Source: an uncultured Bacteroidales bacterium (GTDB lineage: Bacteria > Bacteroidota > Bacteroidia > Bacteroidales > VadinHA17). From it: DNA of 64,000 nt. Below, one piece after another: positions 55,231 to 64,000 of this stretch; the first letter of the stretch is position 1, and the number at the start of each line of letters is the position of its first letter. Position numbers and translations under genes: made by a program. Location of the stretch: contig CAWBLL010000009.1 of assembly GCA_963789465.1 (NCBI GenBank), forward strand, positions 406,087 to 470,086, read 5' to 3'. Under the pieces are notes generated by a model. The model was not told where the DNA came from and searched no databases. It saw only the letters and a program-made list of their open reading frames with translations.

Positions 55231-55255
55231 AAGTCAAAAATTTAGAGCCACTTAC

Positions 55256-55735
55256 CTATTCCATGGAAAGAAGTACTACTGCGAGTGCCATTATACCCTC
55301 CTCACGGCCTGCGAATCCAAGCTTTTCAGTTGTGGTGGCTTTTATTCCTACATCATTTATTGCTGTTCCGGTTATTTCTGAAATAATAATCTTCATATCA
55401 GGTATGTAGGTGGAAATTTTGGGTTTTTCCAAACATACCGTACTGTCAATATTTATGACATTGAATCCCTTTTCCCGGATCAGATTTATAGTCCTTCCCA
55501 GAAGGATCTTACTGTCGATATTTTTAAATTCTAAACTGCTGTCAGGAAAGTGATGTCCTATATCACTCAGTCCGGCTGCACCGAGAAGGGCATCGCAAAC
55601 TGCATGCAGAAGGACGTCTCCATCCGAGTGCGCAATGCAACCTTTATCTGATGGGATCTTTATTCCTCCAAGCCAGAGTTCCAGATCATCTTCAAGGCGA
55701 TGGAAGTCGATTCCCTGGCCTATCCTGATTTTCAT
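55256..55735 (-). CDS. ispF: 2-C-methyl-D-erythritol 2,4-cyclodiphosphate synthase
   Basis: RIGQGIDFHRL ... AHSDGDVLLHAVCDALLGA ... typical IspF. 159 aa. Confidence 0.93.
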   Translation of the reverse strand: MKIRIGQGIDFHRLEDDLELWLGGIKIPSDKGCIAHSDGDVLLHAVCDALLGAAGLSDIGHHFPDSSLEFKNIDSKILLGRTINLIREKGFNVINIDSTVCLEKPKISTYIPDMKIIISEITGTAINDVGIKATTTEKLGFAGREEGIMALAVVLLSME

Positions 55736-56895
55736 CCCTTTGTTTTGGGCTCTATCTTATGACTGCTGAAATTGAAAGCCAGAGAAAAGCGTAATGTCCT
55801 GGCCAGAGGATTATTCTGAGCTGTAGGAATCAGGTAGGAAAAATCAAGGGCAAATATATTAAGTTTGAACCCGGCGCCAACAGTAAAATATTTACGGTTA
55901 CCCTTTGTTTCATTCTCATGAAAATATCCGGTTCTTACTGCAAATTGTCCATTATACCAGTATTCAGCGCCCAATGCATATTGTATTTCATGCATCTCCT
56001 CCTTAAAACCACCGGGAGCATCATAAAATGAATGTATAATTGCTACCGGAACAGATACATTGGGATCCTTTCCATCTATTATATTCCCATTTGAGTCATA
56101 AACAGGTGGGGTAGGAACAAGCAGTTTATTCAGGTCAAGGGTGAGAGTAAGCTTGTTATGCGGATCAAGAAAGATTGAACCTGATGTTCCAACCTTGAGG
56201 TTCATAGGTATAAAATCTGCAACCTGCGCATCTGAGTAGGTCATCTTGGTTCCGATATTCGAAAAGTTAAATCCAAGACCCCACATTCCGTCCTTGTTAA
56301 AAAGATTTATATCTTTCTGATAGAGGCCTGAGATATCTGCAGCGAATGATATGCCCGGCTTGGTGGCTGAACCACCGGAATATGATCCCCCGGTCAGGTT
56401 TGAATAGATGAACCTGAATGCAACTCCGCCCGAAAAATGGTCAGTAAAGAGCCTGGAATAGGCAGCGTCAATTGCAAATTCATTTGGCTTGAAGACTCTC
56501 TCAAGGTTGCCAAAATCGTCAGTGAAGGGAACATCTCCAAGTGAGGAATAAATAAGACTTCCGCTGACAACCTGCTTGTTGTCGATTCTCCAGTAACCTG
56601 AAAGGTAGGCAATATTGATGTCGGGGACAAGATTTCTGAGCCAGGGGGTATATGATAGTCCCACTCCTCCGTTACCGTCAATGAAAGCATACTTTGCAGG
56701 ATTCCAGTGCATGCTGTAGACATCAGGCGATGTTGCCACACCGGCATCACCCATACCTCCTGCCCTTGAATCTGGTGCAATTGTAAGAAACGGAACTACG
56801 GTCTGAATCGGATTCAGTACATCTTGTGAGAACAATAGGGTATTTCCGGTCATAAATGCCAGAAATATCATTATCGCGGGGGCTGCTTTCTTCAT
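55732..56895 (-). CDS. porV: Type IX secretion system outer-membrane channel protein PorV (LptO)
   Basis: Signal peptide, then FLTIAPDSRAGGMGDAGVATSPD, the PorV hallmark. Beta-barrel pattern. Adjacent to porU. Start trimmed to MKKAAPAIM (56895). Confidence 0.85.
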   Translation of the reverse strand: MKKAAPAIMIFLAFMTGNTLLFSQDVLNPIQTVVPFLTIAPDSRAGGMGDAGVATSPDVYSMHWNPAKYAFIDGNGGVGLSYTPWLRNLVPDINIAYLSGYWRIDNKQVVSGSLIYSSLGDVPFTDDFGNLERVFKPNEFAIDAAYSRLFTDHFSGGVAFRFIYSNLTGGSYSGGSATKPGISFAADISGLYQKDINLFNKDGMWGLGFNFSNIGTKMTYSDAQVADFIPMNLKVGTSGSIFLDPHNKLTLTLDLNKLLVPTPPVYDSNGNIIDGKDPNVSVPVAIIHSFYDAPGGFKEEMHEIQYALGAEYWYNGQFAVRTGYFHENETKGNRKYFTVGAGFKLNIFALDFSYLIPTAQNNPLARTLRFSLAFNFSSHKIEPKTKG

Positions 56896-57056
56896 TGTGT
56901 TTAAGGTTAATGATTTTACAAAATTACACCTATTTGCCACATATTTATCAATTCACCGTCAATTAAGGGTGTGATTTTGATTATATTCAACATATCAGTG
57001 ATGAACGTATAATTTTCTTCTATAAACTATTAATAAGTTATTATATTGTATGAAAT

Positions 57057-60000
57057 TTACAAAATGATCATCCGTCCCCAGGCATTAGCCGTTTCTCCCT
57101 TCCCTGTTATAACTGTAACCGAATAGGGATAAATTCCTTTGCCGGCTCTTTTACCGCCTTCAAGCGTACCATCCCATGTAACTGGAGTTAAAACATAACC
57201 GGAAGTGATATCCTTTGTTTTAATGATTTTTATTATTCTTCCATCGAGGGAGTAAATATTTATTGTTATATCCAGATATTCATCGGGCCTGTTGTGCTCT
57301 GCTCTTATACTGGTCTGACCGGAGAAAGGATTAGGATAGCTGATTATGTGCCTGAGCATGAATTTCCCATTTGGTTCCACCAGGAAGCTGATAGATGCTT
57401 CCGACGAATTATTTGAGTTATCCCACGCCTTTACCTTAACTGTATGGCCGCCGTTGCTGAGATAGCCCAGATCATAGATAACCTTTCCGTTTGTATAGTC
57501 ATCGAAGTCATTTTCAAAATAGCTGTTGAGAATGAAAGGTCTCTCACTATCATTGTCAAGATATCCTGTCAGATCGTGTCCGATGGCTGAACCGGTAGCG
57601 TTGATGCCTGTCCTGTCACCAATAAAGACCAGCAGTCTCGGGTTATTGTCCGTTATACCCCCGTCCCTGAAAAGTGTATCATTAATATAGAGCTTAATTT
57701 CCGGTCCCTCATTGTCGCCAGGTGATGAGTCTGAGAATCCGCCTACCGTGAGACCATTGAAATATCCTGACATATCCTCGTTGCCGCCACTACCGTAATA
57801 GCTTATGCGTCCGTCTCCAAAGGAATAATTTATGTCCCGGGGGACAATAAATGTAAATCTGAACCTGCCATTTTCAGCTTTGGTTTTGCCACTGAACAGA
57901 ATATTGTTACGGACATTGAATTCTACTGCCACTCCTCCGTCATTTGCGAGTGTCTTTACTTTATTAACCTTGTCATAAACGACAGGGGAGACTATCCCGT
58001 TAAAGGAGTTCATTACCCCGCCACCATTATTTTCCACATGACCTGCAATGGTTACCAGGGAAAGCGCTTTAAGACTGTCTGTCTTTTCAGATACCGGTAC
58101 ATTATTCAGGGAGTCTGTGATGATTTTCCCATGCCATGGGAAGGCGAGTCTCAATGCTGGATCGCCCAGCAGGGTAAAATTCCTTTTATTGGGTCCGTCG
58201 CCGGTACGGTTTTTAGCTATTCTTATTATATCACCAAAAGCCAGGGCATTTCCGGCTTCATCACGGTCAAATGCACAATTGAAAATATTCCTGTTAAGCG
58301 TATAATTGGGTGCAGAATAGACAAGCCTGGTGGTTGTCATCAAAGCTATTCCTCCTCCATCTTTATTGAGAAGGACCATTTCTCCTGCAGAGGTCTTTTC
58401 AGTCATCTGTCCGGAAATTATATTTATATCCATGTCATCAAAACGGCTGAATTCACAGGTCGCTGTGATAAACAACGGAAGCCTGTCATTATTTGTCCAT
58501 GAATTTATGTCCTCTGTCCTTACCACCTGTTCATGAGCCAATCCATTTTCATTACCGTGTCCGATATAATTGAAGATCAGGCAACCCGAATTTATCCGGT
58601 CGGTTATTGCCTTATTCACATCCGGATAAGACTGTCCGCTGCCTGTTGTAATCTGTTTGTAAGCATCCAGATAGATCTTATCCACATTTATGAAGGGGAC
58701 ACTGTCGCGCAGTATGCCGGCAAGTCCTTCCGCGTCGGAGAGGTGAATATTTCCATCCTCATCATCAGCAGTAAGGCAAACCACATTCTTCCAGTCTCCC
58801 ATATTGGAGGGCCCAAGGTATTTAAGTATCTTGGAGATCATCACTCCAGCTTGAATCGTATCGGTTACAGGGAGTCTGCCTATCCCTATATCTTCTGTCC
58901 CTTCAGATTCTCCCTCACCCTCATCCAACAGCCCGTAAAAGTCATCAGAGGTAAAGGAGGAAGTTTCAATATTCGAGTTTTTCGACTGATAAGTGGGAAT
59001 ATAATTTGGATTCGCCGGGGGAGCAGTCTTGTTCTCATAAGAGCCGTCACCGAACAGCAAAAGATATTTCAATGGATGCGATGTCCCTTTCTGACGTAGG
59101 TATTTCATCCTGAAGAAATTTCTGAGAGCACAAATATCAGGGATCCCTCCTGAAAACTCGTTATATATTTGCCCGGGAGTTACAACCTGTGAAATAATTC
59201 CGGTTTCTGCCGAATGAATTGAGGCAAGCTTTTCAGCATATTTCAGGAACAAGGGATGTGACAGTATTATCATATCTGCAGGGGCCGATGCATGCAGGTC
59301 CTGATTTGGCACAGGTACCTGTCTTATTATTGGTATTGAAGCATTGTCAGGAGTAAATACTGCGAAGGTTCTCAGGGAGTCGCTGTTGAATTTAAATACG
59401 AGGTTTTCACCTGACCTGCTGTATACGATATTTTTAATATTCAGAGGGTCAGATACATCCCAGATCACAGGATTGCCGGTATTGCTTTTTACTGAAAATT
59501 CAGTGATCCTTCCGGCTTCTACCGATCTCGAATCAAAAAACTGTGACATTTTACCGTTGAAGCTGCTGAACCGCCTCGCCTTGATCTGCAGGTAGTCGAG
59601 CCAGCCATGAGCTCCGCTCTCCCCGCCGCTGTTAAAGGTTACCTTGTAAACCGGAGATGGCGAAGCAACAGGTGCAGTTCCGGATGAGTCAGTAATTTCA
59701 GCATAGGTGCCCGTTGTATTGTAAAGATTGACTGGAGGTACATTTACACTCTTTCTCAGAACAGATCCTTCATACATATTGAAAACAGTACTTATGGAAG
59801 CCCTGGCGGCTACTCTAAGATCATATTTTATATCCTCGGCAATATTAATGTCGGTGAATCCGGGATTAATTGTGATTTCCGAGATCCGCTGGAACCACTC
59901 TCTCCCTGATTTGATCAGGTTATCCTGGTCCTTCTGATAGATAAACAGTGCATCGGATTCTGATGAAAAGTAGCCGGGCGGTGCCGTGGGAGCACTTGCT

Positions 60001-60452
60001 GTACTGATTCTCTTCCCCGGTAATACTTCCGAAGTGATAAAATAAAATGCTGTATCTGAATAATTATGGCTCAGGTAAGAGTAATCCCCTTTCTCATAGT
60101 TAAAAATCCATCTTCCGGTACCTTTCGCATAGAAAAGAAGATATTCCCCTTCATCCAGTACACTATCATTGCCTGAAATGAATATGGCCATCTCTTTAAG
60201 GTCGTCGGGTGCGGGATCATTATTATAATATGAGAGCTGTCCTGCGTTGTTTCCATATATCCTGGGATTTGACGGATTTTCAAGTCCCATATCCCTGAGC
60301 CGCGAGTAATCGATTCTGTATATTCCGTCTTCGGTAACTGCGATGCGGAACCATTTACCTTTAGATAGAACAGAACTTTCCACGGGAATTTGGCCGTATA
60401 GACAGGAGGGCAGCAACAAAAGGAAAGGCAGTATTTTAAAAAATCTTATCAT
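57057..60452 (-). CDS. porU: Type IX secretion system sortase / C-terminal signal peptidase PorU (C25 gingipain-like)
   Basis: Size about 1130 aa. C25-type catalytic regions YIGHGNENG and ITATCEFSRFD. C-terminal CTD-like beta sandwich. Synteny with porV and gldJ. Start trimmed to MIRFFKILPFLLLL (60452). Confidence 0.85.
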   Translation of the reverse strand: MIRFFKILPFLLLLPSCLYGQIPVESSVLSKGKWFRIAVTEDGIYRIDYSRLRDMGLENPSNPRIYGNNAGQLSYYNNDPAPDDLKEMAIFISGNDSVLDEGEYLLFYAKGTGRWIFNYEKGDYSYLSHNYSDTAFYFITSEVLPGKRISTASAPTAPPGYFSSESDALFIYQKDQDNLIKSGREWFQRISEITINPGFTDINIAEDIKYDLRVAARASISTVFNMYEGSVLRKSVNVPPVNLYNTTGTYAEITDSSGTAPVASPSPVYKVTFNSGGESGAHGWLDYLQIKARRFSSFNGKMSQFFDSRSVEAGRITEFSVKSNTGNPVIWDVSDPLNIKNIVYSRSGENLVFKFNSDSLRTFAVFTPDNASIPIIRQVPVPNQDLHASAPADMIILSHPLFLKYAEKLASIHSAETGIISQVVTPGQIYNEFSGGIPDICALRNFFRMKYLRQKGTSHPLKYLLLFGDGSYENKTAPPANPNYIPTYQSKNSNIETSSFTSDDFYGLLDEGEGESEGTEDIGIGRLPVTDTIQAGVMISKILKYLGPSNMGDWKNVVCLTADDEDGNIHLSDAEGLAGILRDSVPFINVDKIYLDAYKQITTGSGQSYPDVNKAITDRINSGCLIFNYIGHGNENGLAHEQVVRTEDINSWTNNDRLPLFITATCEFSRFDDMDINIISGQMTEKTSAGEMVLLNKDGGGIALMTTTRLVYSAPNYTLNRNIFNCAFDRDEAGNALAFGDIIRIAKNRTGDGPNKRNFTLLGDPALRLAFPWHGKIITDSLNNVPVSEKTDSLKALSLVTIAGHVENNGGGVMNSFNGIVSPVVYDKVNKVKTLANDGGVAVEFNVRNNILFSGKTKAENGRFRFTFIVPRDINYSFGDGRISYYGSGGNEDMSGYFNGLTVGGFSDSSPGDNEGPEIKLYINDTLFRDGGITDNNPRLLVFIGDRTGINATGSAIGHDLTGYLDNDSERPFILNSYFENDFDDYTNGKVIYDLGYLSNGGHTVKVKAWDNSNNSSEASISFLVEPNGKFMLRHIISYPNPFSGQTSIRAEHNRPDEYLDITINIYSLDGRIIKIIKTKDITSGYVLTPVTWDGTLEGGKRAGKGIYPYSVTVITGKGETANAWGRMIIL

Positions 60453-60570
60453 TAATGCCGACAAAGATATAAATGTGCTTTCTGTTTGCGAACTAAATGT
60501 GTTTTTTTGTATGCAGTTTCGATTTATAATAATAACGATGTCGCAACGTTGATATTGCAGTTCTCCGGGT

Positions 60571-61539
60571 ATGTTCAAGAAACCTTTTATACTCCTGATA
60601 TTCATCGCCGGTACCGCTTCCCAGGCAAGTGCCCAGGGAATACGTTCAGGACCATTCTACCAGATGCTGCTAATGAACAACCCCGCCTTTTCAGGGAGTG
60701 AGGCAGATGGCGTATTAAGGCTTTCATACCTTAATTTCTATCCTGGAAACAGCTATGACCTTAATTCGGTCTATTTGTCTTATGATTCATATATGGCCGG
60801 TCTGCATGGAGGAACAGGATTCTATCTCTCTGAGGATCACCTTGGAGGTATAATAAATGATCTCAGGGGTGGATTCTCATATGCTTATTTCCTGCAGGCA
60901 GGGAAGAACCTATTCATTAATGCCGGACTAACGGCATCAGTAATGCACAGGGGTATAAATTTAGGTAACGCCGTACTTCCTGATCAGATTGATCCTGTTG
61001 GAGGAGCTTCACTGCCCTCTGCAGAAGTGCTTGACAGCCGTGGACGAACAGTTTTTGATGTCGGAGCCGGTGTCTTTGTGGTGAGCGGCAGGCTGGCAGG
61101 CGGTTTTTCAGTAAATCATCTGGCAGAGCCCGAGCTGTCATCTTCGTCTGTCTCAACCGAAAACATCAAACGGAGGTATACTTTTAATCTCTCTGCTGAC
61201 CTGAATTTAAACAGCAAGGGAACCCTGAAAGCTGAACCCCTGCTGCTGGCAGTATCAGAGGATGGGTATTTTTCAACCGGAGCAGGTGCATCGCTGGAGA
61301 GCAACCATCTTGCATTTAATGTAATCGTATATGGCGATAACGGTGGTAATGTGAATATTCAGTCAGGCTTTGCCTTTAATTTCAATCTAGTCACAATTTA
61401 TTACAACTACCAGTTCAATGCCATATCGGGCAATTCTTTTCTTCCTTTATCGCTTCTGCATGAGGTGGGTCTCAGTTTTATTTTAAATAATGTTGAAAAA
61501 AGAAAAGCAATCAATACAATATATTTACCCAAATTGTAG
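60571..61539 (+). CDS. PorP/SprF family type IX secretion system membrane protein
   Basis: Signal peptide, then YQMLLMNNPAFSG...LRLSY, typical of the PorP/SprF family. Beta-barrel pattern. Confidence 0.8.
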   Translation: MFKKPFILLIFIAGTASQASAQGIRSGPFYQMLLMNNPAFSGSEADGVLRLSYLNFYPGNSYDLNSVYLSYDSYMAGLHGGTGFYLSEDHLGGIINDLRGGFSYAYFLQAGKNLFINAGLTASVMHRGINLGNAVLPDQIDPVGGASLPSAEVLDSRGRTVFDVGAGVFVVSGRLAGGFSVNHLAEPELSSSSVSTENIKRRYTFNLSADLNLNSKGTLKAEPLLLAVSEDGYFSTGAGASLESNHLAFNVIVYGDNGGNVNIQSGFAFNFNLVTIYYNYQFNAISGNSFLPLSLLHEVGLSFILNNVEKRKAINTIYLPKL

Positions 61540-61621
61540 TTATATTTGATGTTTGGAAAAATTGTTTTAGTTAAATATATTATATTTGAGTATTCTTAAA
61601 AGCCATAAAACTAAAGGAGTT

Positions 61622-63121
61622 ATGTATAAATTCAGAGCCATTCCAATTATTTTAGTTGCTTTCCTGTTTCTTGTTGCATGTTCTTCAAAGCGAAAGGGTG
61701 AGTCAAATGTTTCTTCTACTACTGGCTGGAAATATAATGATCCCGATAATGGCGGATTTGAGGTAGCTCTTGGCGCCGAACAAAAAACGGGTCCCGGACT
61801 TGTTCTTATTGAAGGCGGCCGATTCACAATGGGACAGGTGCAGCAGGATGTTATGTATGACTGGAATAATGCACCAAGAACAGTCACTGTATCATCGTTT
61901 TACATGGATGAAACTGAAGTCAGGAACGTTGATTACCGTGAATATCTCTTCTGGCTGCGCAGGGTCTACAAGGATTATCCGGAAGTTTTTAAGAGAGCAC
62001 TTCCCGATACACTCGTCTGGAGAAGTCCTATGGGATTCAATGATCCATATGTTCAGTATTATTTCAGGCATCCTTCCTATAATAATTATCCTGTGGTTGG
62101 AGTCAGTTGGGTGAAAGCCAATGATTTCTGCCTCTGGAGGACCGACAGGGTCAATGAGCAGATTCTTATTGACGAGGGAGAACTGAATCCTGATCCCAAT
62201 CAGTTGAATGAGAAAAATTTCAATACAGAAGCCTATCTTGCTGGTCAGTACGAAGGTGTTGTAAATCAGCTTCGTGAAAGTCTTAACCCCAATCAGACTG
62301 AACGCAGGACAACCTTTGAAGATGGAATACTTCTTCCTTCTTACAGGCTTCCTACTGAAGCAGAATGGGAATTTGCGGCTTATGCTCTCCGGGGCAATAC
62401 TTATGAGGAGAGAATTTATGAAAGAAGGATATATCCGTGGGACGGACATAATGTCAGAAATGCAGCCTCAAAACACAGAGGGGAAATGATGGCCAATTTT
62501 GTCCGTGGAAGAGGTGATATGATGGGAGTTGCCGGCAGCCTTAACGACAATGGAAGTATAACTACCGATGTTAAATCATACTGGCCTAATGACTATGGAC
62601 TTTACTGCATGGCCGGAAACGTAAACGAATGGGTTCAGGATGTATACCGTCCACTCACAAGCGAAGATGTCGACGGATTCAATCCTTTCAGAGGAAATGT
62701 ATATACCGATCTGAGGAGAGACGCCAATGGTGCTGTCGTCGCGAAAGATAAACTGGGTCGTCTTATTGTCGACACTGTCAATGATATCGATGTTGCAAAC
62801 AGGTATAATTATCAGAAAGGCGATTACAGGAACTACAGGGATGGAGACCTTCAGTCAGCAATTCCTGAAGGAGCAGACTGGACAACTGAGGATAATAAAA
62901 GAGGCTCGCAAAGGATGTATGCCCAGGATGATTCAAAACAGAATAATGATTTCGTAACCCTTATAAATGATAATGCCAGGGTATATAAAGGCGGATCCTG
63001 GAAGGACAGGGCTTACTGGCTTAATCCTTCAACAAGAAGATTCCTTGATCAGGAAAGTTCCCGCGATGACCTGGGATTCCGTTGCGCCATGATCAGGGTG
63101 GGAAGTCCTGCGGGTCTTTAA
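61622..63121 (+). CDS. gldJ: Gliding motility lipoprotein GldJ (SUMF1/FGE-like fold)
   Basis: Lipobox LVACSS. FGE-sulfatase-like blocks (IEGGRFTMG, NYPVVGVSWVKANDFC, RLPTEAEWEFAA, GFRCA). Followed by murF, as in Flavobacterium. Confidence 0.85.
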   Translation: MYKFRAIPIILVAFLFLVACSSKRKGESNVSSTTGWKYNDPDNGGFEVALGAEQKTGPGLVLIEGGRFTMGQVQQDVMYDWNNAPRTVTVSSFYMDETEVRNVDYREYLFWLRRVYKDYPEVFKRALPDTLVWRSPMGFNDPYVQYYFRHPSYNNYPVVGVSWVKANDFCLWRTDRVNEQILIDEGELNPDPNQLNEKNFNTEAYLAGQYEGVVNQLRESLNPNQTERRTTFEDGILLPSYRLPTEAEWEFAAYALRGNTYEERIYERRIYPWDGHNVRNAASKHRGEMMANFVRGRGDMMGVAGSLNDNGSITTDVKSYWPNDYGLYCMAGNVNEWVQDVYRPLTSEDVDGFNPFRGNVYTDLRRDANGAVVAKDKLGRLIVDTVNDIDVANRYNYQKGDYRNYRDGDLQSAIPEGADWTTEDNKRGSQRMYAQDDSKQNNDFVTLINDNARVYKGGSWKDRAYWLNPSTRRFLDQESSRDDLGFRCAMIRVGSPAGL

Positions 63122-63149
63122 TATCTGATTAAATTCACTTTGAATATAA

Positions 63150-63183
63150 GCCTCATTATGAAACCATAATGAGGCATTTTTTT
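63150..63183 (+). terminator. Intrinsic terminator after gldJ
   Basis: gcctcattatg-aaac-cataatgaggc followed by attttttt. Confidence 0.7.
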
Positions 63184-63187
63184 CATC

Positions 63188-64000
63188 ATGAAGACAGAAC
63201 AACTTTACAAACTTTTTAAGGAATCGAAGGGCATAGCCACTGATTCCAGATCCATTAAGAAGGGCGAAATATTTTTTGCCATGTGGGGTGAAAATTTCAA
63301 TGGGAATAAATACGCCGCCGAGGCACTGGAAAAGGGCGCTTCTGTTGCCGTTGTAGATGATCTTCTCTTCGAGACAGACAAGACAATACTAGTCGATGAT
63401 TGCCTTTTGGAACTACAGGCACTGGCATCCCATTACCGGAAAGAGCTTGGAATCCCTGTTATTGCCATTACCGGGACAAATGGCAAGACTACAACCAAGG
63501 AACTGCTGGCTACTGTCCTTGCAAAAAAATTCAAGGTGCATTATACTCCCGGGAATCTGAATAATCACCTCGGCGTTCCTCTTACCATCTTATCTGCACC
63601 TGCTGATACGGAAATGATGATCATAGAGATGGGAGCTAACCATATAGGTGAAATCAGAACCCTGTGCTCTGTTGCATTGCCTGATTATGGGATCATTACA
63701 AATATCGGGTCAGCACATATCGAAGGTTTTGGATCATTTGAAGGAATTGTAAAGGCTAAGACAGAACTTTATGAATACCTGCGGAAGGTAAATGGAATAG
63801 CTTTTTACAACGACAAAAATCCACTCCTGACAGAGAAGATATTCAGGATAATAAACAGGGCAATCCCATTTTCCGATCCCACAGGGATTGAACTTAATGT
63901 TGAACCTTTGTTATCTGAACTTAACCTTGTGGTGTCTGTTTCGTACAAGAATCATTATTTCAGTCTGAAGACAAACCTGTTTGGCAGCTATAACATTGAA
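63188..64000 (+). CDS. murF: UDP-N-acetylmuramoyl-tripeptide--D-alanyl-D-alanine ligase, N-terminal part; continues beyond the window end
   Basis: Absent from the ORF track because there is no stop. The ATG at 63188 reads MKTEQLYKLFKESKGIATDSRSIKKGEIFFAMWGENFNGNKYAAEALEKGA... and later ITGTNGKTTTKELL (Mur ligase P-loop). Confidence 0.88.
   Translation, partial: MKTEQLYKLFKESKGIATDSRSIKKGEIFFAMWGENFNGNKYAAEALEKGASVAVVDDLLFETDKTILVDDCLLELQALASHYRKELGIPVIAITGTNGKTTTKELLATVLAKKFKVHYTPGNLNNHLGVPLTILSAPADTEMMIIEMGANHIGEIRTLCSVALPDYGIITNIGSAHIEGFGSFEGIVKAKTELYEYLRKVNGIAFYNDKNPLLTEKIFRIINRAIPFSDPTGIELNVEPLLSELNLVVSVSYKNHYFSLKTNLFGSYNIE

Noticed and set aside
60453-60605. A 51-codon N-terminal extension of the porU ORF
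   Set aside because: A proper signal peptide (MIRFFKILPFLLLLPSCLYGQ) starts at 60452. The extension overlaps the divergent porP/sprF gene start.

Overview
The window looks like a Bacteroidota chromosome segment. Evidence: the type IX secretion and gliding genes porV, porU, porP/sprF and gldJ followed by murF; several TAnnTTTG -7 promoter boxes; many lipoprotein signal peptides. GC content is roughly 40%. All calls come from reading the ORF translations and the DNA by eye. No database search, alignment or RNA folding program was run.

Most of the window is dense housekeeping: smpB (partial), miaA, recA, bcp, clpS, an ECF sigma/anti-sigma pair, rlmB, an ABC-F ATPase, rlmD, rlmN, recR, alaS, hutU, ispF and murF (partial), plus many envelope and peptidase genes. 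I found no integrase, transposase, CRISPR array, cas gene or reverse transcriptase.

Loci that deserve a second look:
1. 19.3-22.5 kb: a tight two-gene operon of a sensor-less PP2C/SpoIIE phosphatase and a 762-aa SMC/OLD-like ABC ATPase with a long coiled-coil insertion and a possible degenerate Toprim tail. It sits directly upstream of a scarred tRNA-Ser locus. This is my best candidate for an undescribed defence-type system.
2. 22.5-28.8 kb: two convergent tRNA-Ser genes (GCT and CGA), each followed by one copy of a ~75-nt GC-rich element in inverted orientation. Together they bracket a 5.5-kb envelope cassette. A truncated tRNA-Ser 5' half lies in the leader of the first tRNA, and a 136-nt nested-hairpin element lies in the trailer of the second.
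3. Inside that cassette: an Ala-rich helical lipoprotein followed by two L,D-transpeptidases, possibly a Braun-lipoprotein-like tether.
4. 33.0-39.3 kb: three tandem TPR + PD40 beta-propeller paralogues with different C-terminal modules.
5. Two adjacent genes (a lipase lipoprotein and rlmD) each carry a single-nucleotide frameshift.
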